From contig JAWCSL010000003.1 of assembly GCA_039090665.1 (NCBI GenBank), forward strand, positions 1 through 63,499: DNA of 63,499 bases, written 5' to 3'. The notes under the pieces are model-generated. The model was not told where the DNA came from. It did not search any database and worked only from the letters and a program-made list of their open reading frames with translations. Source of the stretch: Candidatus Aenigmatarchaeota archaeon (lineage in GTDB: Archaea; Aenigmatarchaeota; Aenigmatarchaeia; CG10238-14; SCSR01). Below, in pieces: positions 8,417-15,806 of the stretch. The stretch's first letter is position 1. Each line of letters begins with the position of its first letter. The translations under genes were made by a program, and so were the position numbers.

Positions 8417-9706
8417 TCATGGATAAACCCTATTCACTAATCTTGGAAATGCAGTAGCATCTCTTATGTGTTTGAGTTTACAAACCCACATCACCATTCT
8501 TTCAATTCCTAAACCAAAGCCTGCATGCTGAACAGAACCAAATTTTCTTAAATCCAAATACCATTTGTATGCTGAAGGATCTAGTTTTTCTTCTTCTATT
8601 CTCTTCATCAATTCTTCAAAATTTTCAATTCTTTCTCCAGAACCAATTATCTCACCATAGCCTTCTGGAGCAAGCATATCAACACTTAAAGTCACATTAG
8701 GATTGGAAGGGTCTGGTTTATGATAAAATGCTTTTATTCCTTTTGGAAAGTGTGTGACGAAGAAAGGTTTATCGAACTGTAAAGCTAAGACTCTTTCTTC
8801 ATCTGCTCCAAGATCATCCCCATATTCTATTTTTACTCCCTTCTCTTGTAAGAGCCTTATCGCTTCTTCGTATCTTATCCTTGGAAAAGGGGGTTTCATC
8901 CTCAATAACTCTTCAGGATCTCTTCCCAACTCTCTCAATTCTAAGCTACATTCTTTAGCGACTTTTTGTAAAATGAAACTCACAAGCTCTTCTTCAACTT
9001 TCATTAATTCTTCAATGCCACAAAACGGCATTTCAGCTTCTAAATGCCAGAATTCTGTTAAATGCCTTCTTGTTCTTGATTTTTCAGCTCTAAAAGAAGG
9101 AGCTATTGTATAGCACTTACCAAAACCAAAAATCATAGCTTCCCCGTAAAGTTGCCAAGATTGTGTCAGATAAGCTTTTGAATCAAAATATTTTACTTCA
9201 AACAAAGTTGAGCCACCTTCACAAGCAGTTCCAACTATTATCGGAACTTGAACTTCAAGGAAACCATTATCCTTGAACCATTCTCTAGCCGCTTCCAAGA
9301 TTTTGGCTCTAATTCTGAGGATTCGATTCATTTTTTTGCTTCTGATCCAAAAGTGTCTGTTATCCAAAAGAAATTCGGGACCATGGTATTTTTTTCCAAT
9401 CGGAAAACCTTCCATAGCTTTGCTTAACACATTAACTTTTTTTACTGCGATTTCATACCCATAAGGTGCTCTTTCATCTTTTCTTACTGTACCAAAAATT
9501 TCTACTGCCGACTCTAGGGGAAGTCTTTCTATTTCATCAAAAGTTTTTTCATCAACTTGATCTTTTTTCAAAGTACATTGAATGAAACCTGTACCATCTC
9601 TTATTATCAAGAATAAAATTCCACCTGAGCTACGCTTGTTGTGAAGCCAACCTTTTATTTCAACTTCTCCTTCTTCTTTACCTTCTAATATTTTTGAAAT
9701 TTCCAT
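8417..9706 (-). CDS. asnS: Asparaginyl-tRNA synthetase
   Basis: OB-fold N-terminus (GWLHNKRSSG), YLTQSWQLY, RTRRHLTEFWHLEAE, HAGFGLGIER. Confidence 0.94.
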   Translation of the reverse strand: MEISKILEGKEEGEVEIKGWLHNKRSSGGILFLIIRDGTGFIQCTLKKDQVDEKTFDEIERLPLESAVEIFGTVRKDERAPYGYEIAVKKVNVLSKAMEGFPIGKKYHGPEFLLDNRHFWIRSKKMNRILRIRAKILEAAREWFKDNGFLEVQVPIIVGTACEGGSTLFEVKYFDSKAYLTQSWQLYGEAMIFGFGKCYTIAPSFRAEKSRTRRHLTEFWHLEAEMPFCGIEELMKVEEELVSFILQKVAKECSLELRELGRDPEELLRMKPPFPRIRYEEAIRLLQEKGVKIEYGDDLGADEERVLALQFDKPFFVTHFPKGIKAFYHKPDPSNPNVTLSVDMLAPEGYGEIIGSGERIENFEELMKRIEEEKLDPSAYKWYLDLRKFGSVQHAGFGLGIERMVMWVCKLKHIRDATAFPRLVNRVYP

Positions 9707-9744
9707 ACAATCACCTAATTTTGTTTTTTAAAAAAATAAAATAA

Positions 9745-9818
9745 CTGCGGCGGGGAGATTCGAACTCCCATCATCCGGGTAACAGCCAGATATGCTAGCC
9801 TCTTAGCACCACGCCGCT
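9745..9818 (-). tRNA. Atypical tRNA or tRNA-like element: GUU anticodon, Asp-like body, A1-A72 mismatch
   Basis: AGCGGCG TG GTGC TAAGAGGCTA GCAT A TCTGG CTGTTAC CCGGA TGAT GGGAG TTCGAAT CTCCC CGCCGCA G; all four stems form; C38 and 4-nt variable loop. Confidence 0.8.
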
Positions 9819-9898
9819 GTAGCTTAATCCAGGTAGAGAAGCAATTTTCAAGAATTTTTTTGAATCTAATCGAGGCTAGCCAAATCTCAGGATAAGAA

Positions 9899-9931
9899 TC
9901 AACAACTATTGTTTTGGCAATCGCCCCTCAT
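9899..9931 (-). CDS. Putative leader peptide MRGDCQNNSC
   Basis: ATG at 9931 preceded by GGTGAAGGA (SD-like); tandem AAC AAT codons; TGA at 9899-9901. Confidence 0.4.
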   Translation of the reverse strand: MRGDCQNNSC

Positions 9932-9963
9932 TCCTTCACCTTGATTATTTATTTAATTCACAC

Positions 9964-9971
9964 TATTTAAA
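9964..9971 (-). promoter_or_regulatory. Candidate TATA box (TTTAAATA) with purine-rich BRE-like upstream sequence
   Basis: Minus strand AGGAAAATATTTAAATAG, ~25 nt upstream of the GGTGA SD of the micro-ORF. Confidence 0.5.
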
Positions 9972-10064
9972 TATTTTCCTTAATTGGCTATCAGATCAGA
10001 AAATTCTTTTTATTCAAATGCAGACAAATGGGGTGTGATTCTTGGATTTGTATTTTGATCCAAA

Positions 10065-11060
10065 TCAAGGCGAGGCTATTCCAGGAACTTTCGGAAAAGG
10101 AACAGCTTCCCATATTTTTTCCAACCCACAAATCCATCTTGTTAATCTTTCAACACCAATACCAAAACCAGAAGAAGGTGGTATGCCAATTTTCAGCATG
10201 TTTAAATACCACTTGTATTTTTTTGGATCTTCTCCAGTTTTTTTCATCCTTTCAACAACTTTTTTGTATTCATGCTCCCTCTCACCACCAGAAATAACTT
10301 CACCAAAACCTTCTGGTAAAATCAAGTCAAAATCTCTTAGTTTTTTCGTTTTGGGATCTTCAAGATAATAAAAACCTCTTGCTTTGAGGGGATAATCTGT
10401 TATCCATAAAGGTTCAGAACTCTGAGCAGACAAAGCTTCTTCAGCTTCCCATGGAATTTCTTCTTCATCACCCATTTTGAATCCAAGTTTTCTTACAATT
10501 TCAACTACTTGCTCATGAGTAAGTCTTTTGAAAGGAGTTTTTGGAACTTTTAATTTTCTGCCAAAAATTTCCAATTCTTTGAAACATTTCTTTTTCACAT
10601 CTTTTACCAAATAAACAATCATTTTTTCTGCCAAATGCATGGAATCTTCATAAGTAGCATAAGCCTCTTCTAGGTCAATTTGTCTGAATTCTGCTAAATG
10701 TCTTCCAGTTTTTGCAGATTTTTTTGGTTCAATTCTTATGTTTGGTGAAAGTGAAAAGATTTTATGGACAGAAGAGATTGCCATTTGTTTATACAAAATC
10801 ATGCTGCTCATGAGCTTGAACTTCTGGCCGTAAAAATCTATCGTAACTTGTTTAGCTCCTCTAATTCCAGGATCTGTAGCAGGACCTATTATTGGAGCAA
10901 GAATTTCTATGAAGCCTTGTTTCCTCAAAAATTCTCTTATAGCAGATAAAATTTCGTCTTGAATTTTAAGCATAGCAACCATTTTTGGATGTTTTAAGGC
11001 TATGTGTCTGTATTTGATTGATTGGATTGAGTTCAAGTTGCTAATTTCCATTATTATCAC
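10065..11060 (-). CDS. Archaeal asparagine synthetase A (AsnRS paralogue lacking the anticodon-binding domain)
   Basis: Class IIb catalytic core only; SMILYKQMAI, SPNIRIE, GRHLAEF, GEVISGGEREHEY, GFGIGVERL, PFPKVPG; no OB-fold. Confidence 0.9.
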   Translation of the reverse strand: MIIMEISNLNSIQSIKYRHIALKHPKMVAMLKIQDEILSAIREFLRKQGFIEILAPIIGPATDPGIRGAKQVTIDFYGQKFKLMSSMILYKQMAISSVHKIFSLSPNIRIEPKKSAKTGRHLAEFRQIDLEEAYATYEDSMHLAEKMIVYLVKDVKKKCFKELEIFGRKLKVPKTPFKRLTHEQVVEIVRKLGFKMGDEEEIPWEAEEALSAQSSEPLWITDYPLKARGFYYLEDPKTKKLRDFDLILPEGFGEVISGGEREHEYKKVVERMKKTGEDPKKYKWYLNMLKIGIPPSSGFGIGVERLTRWICGLEKIWEAVPFPKVPGIASP

Positions 11061-11095
11061 TAAAGTTTTTATATGGAAGCTGACAAATTAAATTT

Positions 11096-11374
11096 ATGCA
11101 ACCTAGCTTAAAAAAAGTTAAGGCTTTTATTCTTGCTTCTTTTACTTACACACAAAAAGGTAAGTTTTTGGACCAAAAAGAAATTTTAGCACAAATAGCA
11201 AAATTCCCAGAAGTTGAAGAAGCTCACATCATAAGTGGTAATTGGGATATTTTAATAAAAGTTGCTATGAATAGTGTGGATGACATAGGAAAGTTTGTGG
11301 TTGATAAATTAAGAAAAGTTAAAGGAATAGAGAAAACAATAACTTGCATGGTTTTCCAAACTGCAAAAGAGTAA
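11096..11374 (+). CDS. Stand-alone Lrp/AsnC ligand-binding (RAM) domain
   Basis: PEVEEAHIISGNWDILIKV...VVDKLRKVKGIEKTIT; no N-terminal HTH. Confidence 0.85.
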   Translation: MQPSLKKVKAFILASFTYTQKGKFLDQKEILAQIAKFPEVEEAHIISGNWDILIKVAMNSVDDIGKFVVDKLRKVKGIEKTITCMVFQTAKE

Positions 11375-11380
11375 ATGTTT

Positions 11381-11680
11381 TCAAACCTCTTCCTCTGGAG
11401 CTTCCTCTGGAATTTCCTCTGGAATTTCTGGTGTGGGTATGTGTTTTATTATCACTATATCACCCACAGCTTGAACCATCGGGTAAGGAACTATTACTCC
11501 TTTCTTTCCACCCAAAGCTTTGCCCAAAAAACCTTCTCTTGCAGCTTCTATAAGCAAGCTTCTTATCTTGAATCTTGCTAGGTCAAGCTCAACATCCGAA
11601 ACCTTACCACAGTAAAAACCTTTTGTAGTGAAGACATCTTTGCCAAACAAATCAGCAATGTCTTTAACATTAAGTGGCAT
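11381..11680 (-). CDS. PRC-barrel domain protein (CdpB-like)
   Basis: GKDVFTTKGFYCGKVSDVELD...IVPYPMVQAVGDIVII; acidic PEE-repeat tail. Confidence 0.85.
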   Translation of the reverse strand: MPLNVKDIADLFGKDVFTTKGFYCGKVSDVELDLARFKIRSLLIEAAREGFLGKALGGKKGVIVPYPMVQAVGDIVIIKHIPTPEIPEEIPEEAPEEEV

Positions 11681-11748
11681 TTTTACATCCTCCTAATAAA
11701 TTGTGGGTTTTAATATTAAATAAACTTTTGTGTATAAATTATTTTAGT

Positions 11749-11844
11749 GCCTAGGTGGCCGAATCTGGTTAAGGCGCCAGTCTGCTAAAGTTGTAGAGAG
11801 CTGGTGGTCGTAAGACCGTGTGGGTTCAAATCCCACCCTAGGCG
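11749..11844 (+). tRNA. tRNA-Ser(GCU) with 11-nt intron at 37/38
   Basis: Stem CCAGT/GCTGG; CT-GCT-A, intron AAGTTGTAGAG; BHB helix CTGC/GTAG; long variable arm. Confidence 0.9.
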
Positions 11845-11935
11845 TATTTTTTCTTTGTTTATTGAGAAAGAAATTTCCCCCTTCTTAATCAAATTTTTAA
11901 TTTTCCCCACCCTTAAAACTATTTTAGTGAGTTCA

Positions 11936-12445
11936 ATGAACTATTTGATGATTATCTTCCTTTTCTTTATTTTGTACTTCTGGATAAGGTTGATTTTTGA
12001 CGAGGCAATTTATGTTCCTTTACCAACTTCAACTATAAGAAAAATGCTCAAGCTTGCTAAAGTCAGCAAAAAAGATTTGCTCTATGATTTGGGAGCAGGA
12101 GACGGAAGAGTTGTGATAATAGCTGCGAAAGAATTTGGTTGTAAAGCTGTTGGCATAGAAAGAAGTGCTTTGCTTGCTGCAATTTGCAGGTGGAGAATTA
12201 AAAGAGCAGGCTTGCAAGATAAAATCAAGATCATAGAGAAAAATTACTTTGATGTTAACTTGAGTAAGGCTACAGTGGTAACAGCTTACCTATCAAAAAA
12301 GCAAAATGAAAAGCTTGTGCCAAAGTTGAAGAAAGAATTGAAGAAAGGAACAAGAGTAGTTTCTGCATCTCATATTTTTCCTGGACTGAAAGAAGTGAAA
12401 AGAATAAAAACAGGGCACTTTTATTCTTATTTATACAAGATTTAA
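11936..12445 (+). CDS. Class I SAM methyltransferase with N-terminal TM anchor (FAM173-like)
   Basis: IYVPLP, YDLGAGDGRVV, ATVVTAYL, GTRVVS. Start moved to ATG 11936 because the track start overlaps tRNA-Ser. Confidence 0.82.
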   Translation: MNYLMIIFLFFILYFWIRLIFDEAIYVPLPTSTIRKMLKLAKVSKKDLLYDLGAGDGRVVIIAAKEFGCKAVGIERSALLAAICRWRIKRAGLQDKIKIIEKNYFDVNLSKATVVTAYLSKKQNEKLVPKLKKELKKGTRVVSASHIFPGLKEVKRIKTGHFYSYLYKI

Positions 12446-12479
12446 TTTTTTTATAGAGAGTCAACAATTTTTTATTAAA

Positions 12480-12550
12480 GGGTCCGTAGTCTAACGGTAG
12501 GACGTCACCCTGACACGGTGAAGGAAGGAGTTCGACTCTCCTCGGACCCA
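12480..12550 (+). tRNA. tRNA-Val(GAC)
   Basis: GGGTCCG/CGGACCC, stem TCACC/GGTGA, loop CTGACAC. Confidence 0.94.
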
Positions 12551-12655
12551 CTTACAAAAACAGCAAAGATAAATTTTACGATTTTACAGAAGAATGGTTA
12601 ATTTCTAGAAATTTTTGTTCTATCAGTAACACTCAAAAGGTTATCTATTTTTAAA

Positions 12656-12742
12656 AGCCCCAGGCGGGATTTGCACCCGCGACCTCATGCTTACCACGCT
12701 TGCGCAATTCTTATGCGCTCTAGCTAGCTGAGCTACTGGGGC
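12656..12742 (-). tRNA. tRNA-Thr(GGU) with 13-nt intron at 29/30 and atypical elbow
   Basis: GCCCCAG/CTGGGGC, U73; removing AAGAATTGCGCAA (12700-12712) restores CATGC/GCATG; loop GTGGTAA; T-loop TGCAAAT. Confidence 0.8.
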
Positions 12743-12887
12743 ACGAACATTTTATTTCTTGTACTCAAAAAACACTTGTTTTTTCAATATAAAAAATTTG
12801 GTTTGGCCAATATTTCAAAACCATTAGTCAAAAATATCATTTCAACTGAAGAAAAAAATTTATAAAAAACTTAGTAACCATTTCTTT

Positions 12888-13502
12888 ATGTCAAAAGGAG
12901 TTTTCATAGTTCTTGAAGGCATAGATGGCAGTGGAAAAAGCTCACAATCAAAACTTCTCTTTGATTTCCTCCAGAAAAACAAAATCCCAGCAATTTTAAC
13001 TCATGAACCAACAGATGGTGAGATTGGTTACTTACTTACAAATAAATACCTTAAAGAAGTTGATTTACCTTTGGTTGATGCTTTTCTCTTCGCTGCTGAT
13101 AGGGAAGAACATTTGAAGAAAACTGTTATTCCAGCTTTAGAGCAGGGCAAAATTGTTATTTCAGATCGCTATTATCATTCAACTCTAGCTTACCAACAAG
13201 CCCAAGGTCTCGAGTTAAAATTTCTTCTTGAATTGAACAAAAAGTTCATCAAACCCGATTTAACCATAATAATTGATCTTGAGCCTGAGATTGCTGTTGA
13301 GAGAATAGAAAAAGATAAGAACAGGAAAATGGAAGAGAGGAAGAAATTTGAGAAGGTTGAATTCTTGAAGAAAGTGAGGAAGAATTTTCTTGAGCTGAAA
13401 GAGATCTTGAAAGATGAGAGAATTGTTGTGATAGATGGCAACAAGACGAAAGAAGAGGTTTTTGAAGCTGTGTTGAGTGAGGTCAAAAAGATTTTATTCT
13501 AA
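12888..13502 (+). CDS. tmk: Thymidylate kinase
   Basis: EGIDGSGKSS, THEPT, ISDRYYHSTLAYQ, KPDLTI. Confidence 0.95.
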   Translation: MSKGVFIVLEGIDGSGKSSQSKLLFDFLQKNKIPAILTHEPTDGEIGYLLTNKYLKEVDLPLVDAFLFAADREEHLKKTVIPALEQGKIVISDRYYHSTLAYQQAQGLELKFLLELNKKFIKPDLTIIIDLEPEIAVERIEKDKNRKMEERKKFEKVEFLKKVRKNFLELKEILKDERIVVIDGNKTKEEVFEAVLSEVKKILF

Positions 13503-14757
13503 AATCCAAATTAATTTTATGGTTGACGAGCTTTTTTTGAAAATAGTTCTTTCTCTTGGGATAGGAGCTTTGGTTGGAATAGAAAGGGAGCAAAGAGCAA
13601 AAGGTGAAGTTGCCCAAGGAATAAGAACTTTCATGCTCGCTTCCTTTTTGGGCTTCCTTTCCACACACTTTTCTTTTCTCTTTCAGTCTTTCTTACCTTT
13701 CTACATAGCTTTTTGTACAGCAGGAGTTTTGACAGCTTTGGCTTACTTGAGAAAAACGAGGGAAAAACATGTCGGTCAAACAACCAACTTTGCTTTTTTA
13801 ATCACATTCTTACTAGGAGTTTTGCTCTATTTTGACACTTTTCCATACTACCTTTCAATCTCTCTTGCAATCTTGCTGACTTTCATCCTTGCTTCAAAAG
13901 AGATTCTCCACACTTTTTCAAAACACTTGACTAAAAAAGAAATTTGGAACGCTGTTTTCTTTGCAGTACTTTCTTTTGTGATCTTACCAGTTCTCCCGAA
14001 TCACACTATAGATCCTTTCAATTCAATAAATCCATTCTTGATTTGGTCAAGTGTCGTCATAGTCCTTTCTCTCAGCTTTTTAGCTTACATCTTGATGAAA
14101 ATCTTTGGACCAAAGAAAGGAATAATTCTTTCGGGAATTTTAGGTGGAATTGTCTCTTCAGTTGCAGTAACCATATCAATGGCAAGTGATGCCAAGAAGA
14201 ACAAGAAAATCTTCTATTCTGCAGTTTTTTCAATTGCTCTTGCTTCTTCCACCATGTTCTTGAGGATGTTTTTTGTCTCGATAATCTTTAACTACAGCCT
14301 TGCTTTCCAAATTTTCGCTCCTCTCGCAATGTTAAGTGTCTTAGGATATTTTTTAACACTAGGTTTCTTGGATAAGATCAAGAAAGAGAAACCTAAACTC
14401 ATCTTGAGATCTCCCCTTGATTTAAAGGTTGCTTTGAGATTTGGCATATTTTTCACGATAGCTATGATAGTGATAAACATAGCCAAAAACTATTTCAGCG
14501 AGACTGTTGTTTACCCCATAGCTTTTATCACAGGCTTGGTAGATGTTGATGCAATTGTCATCTCCCTTTCATCTCTTGCTCTAACTTCAATCTCATCAAC
14601 AGTTGCTATAAAAGGAATAATCCTTGCAGCCATTTCAAACACTTTCTCCAAATGGCTTTTGGCTCTATGGCTAGGCAATAGAAAAGTTGCCTTGGATGTT
14701 GGTAAAGTTTTCTCAGTTTTGATTTTAGTGGGAGCAGCAATTCTATTTTTCATTTAA
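13477..14757 (+). CDS. MgtC/SapB + DUF4010-type membrane protein (probable start ~13519)
   Basis: GALVGIERE, GIRTF, GGIVSSVAVT, GLVDVDAI motifs; many TM helices. Confidence 0.85.
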   Translation: MRSKRFYSKIQINFMVDELFLKIVLSLGIGALVGIEREQRAKGEVAQGIRTFMLASFLGFLSTHFSFLFQSFLPFYIAFCTAGVLTALAYLRKTREKHVGQTTNFAFLITFLLGVLLYFDTFPYYLSISLAILLTFILASKEILHTFSKHLTKKEIWNAVFFAVLSFVILPVLPNHTIDPFNSINPFLIWSSVVIVLSLSFLAYILMKIFGPKKGIILSGILGGIVSSVAVTISMASDAKKNKKIFYSAVFSIALASSTMFLRMFFVSIIFNYSLAFQIFAPLAMLSVLGYFLTLGFLDKIKKEKPKLILRSPLDLKVALRFGIFFTIAMIVINIAKNYFSETVVYPIAFITGLVDVDAIVISLSSLALTSISSTVAIKGIILAAISNTFSKWLLALWLGNRKVALDVGKVFSVLILVGAAILFFI

Positions 14758-14770
14758 ACAAATTATTATT

Positions 14771-15514
14771 ATGGAAGAAGAGTTTCCGATTGTCACTGTA
14801 TCCTTATCAATCTTGCTCCTAGCAATTTTCCTCTTCACTTCAAACTTTGGTGAGAAGCTTTTTAATCCACAAGCCGAAAGCCATTTGGAATATTATGAAA
14901 ACTTGCTTGGTTTCATCCCAGCAAGACCGAAAATCTATTCCCTAATAACTTACACACTGATTCATGCCGATCTCTTCCACCTACTTGGTAACTTGATATT
15001 TTTGATAATTGCAGGTCTTGTGCTTGAAAGAAGAATAGGCAAGATTCCCTTCATCTCGATTTACATCTCTTCTGGCTGCATAGCAGCGATATTTGATATC
15101 ATTAATAGGCTCTTCTTGGGGATTTCCATGCATGCTCCTTTCGTCGGAGCTTCTGGTTCAATTTTTGGCCTGATTGCAATAGCAAGCTTAACAAGACCAA
15201 TGGAAAAAATTCCAACATTCTTGGTTTTGCTCTCTTTCTTACCATTATTTCAACTTTTGGTAAGCGAGGTGATGATGATTTTCACAGACCAAGCCTCTCT
15301 GGCCGCTTTGCTCTTTTTCCTTCCTTTTCTTGCTTTTGGTTTCATATTCTTGCCCCGCCACTTGCCCATATTTTTAGCGACGATTTTGTTCATTTTTTCT
15401 TGGATTATTTTTCTGGCATTAAACTTACCGGTTTTGGTTTCCCATCTTGGGCATCTAGGCGGTCTTCTTGGAGGATTTTTTGGCATGCTACTCTTCCCTA
15501 AACAAAAATCTTAG
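14771..15514 (+). CDS. Rhomboid intramembrane serine protease
   Basis: HADLFHLLGN, LERRIG, VGASGSIFG, VSHLGHLGG. Confidence 0.9.
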   Translation: MEEEFPIVTVSLSILLLAIFLFTSNFGEKLFNPQAESHLEYYENLLGFIPARPKIYSLITYTLIHADLFHLLGNLIFLIIAGLVLERRIGKIPFISIYISSGCIAAIFDIINRLFLGISMHAPFVGASGSIFGLIAIASLTRPMEKIPTFLVLLSFLPLFQLLVSEVMMIFTDQASLAALLFFLPFLAFGFIFLPRHLPIFLATILFIFSWIIFLALNLPVLVSHLGHLGGLLGGFFGMLLFPKQKS

Positions 15515-15545
15515 GTTTTTATATTTTGAGAGAGAAATAAAATTT

Positions 15546-15806
15546 ATGATAGCAAGAACAGGGGCAATACTTATTGGAATAATAGTCTTAAGCTTCATAG
15601 CAGCTTTGTTATTGGTGGATTTGACAAGCTCAGGAGGTTTCAAGCAAGGAGAATCTTTGGCAAGCTTTTTCAGTTTTTTGTCAGGAAATCAAGAAAAATC
15701 GGAATGTGATTGTGAGTTCAGTTCTCAACTTCAACAACACATTTGCAATCCTTTTTGTGGTGAGCTTGCTGGTAAAAGTTGTGAGGAAAAGGCAGATTGT
15801 GTTTAG
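15546..15806 (+). CDS. Membrane-anchored small Cys-rich protein
   Basis: N-terminal TM, C-terminal CDC...CNPFC...C...C. Confidence 0.6.
   Translation: MIARTGAILIGIIVLSFIAALLLVDLTSSGGFKQGESLASFFSFLSGNQEKSECDCEFSSQLQQHICNPFCGELAGKSCEEKADCV

Noticed and set aside
11385-11430. 12-bp-period CCAGAGGAA repeats
   Set aside because: They simply encode the PEE-rich tail of the PRC-barrel protein; not CRISPR or mobile DNA.
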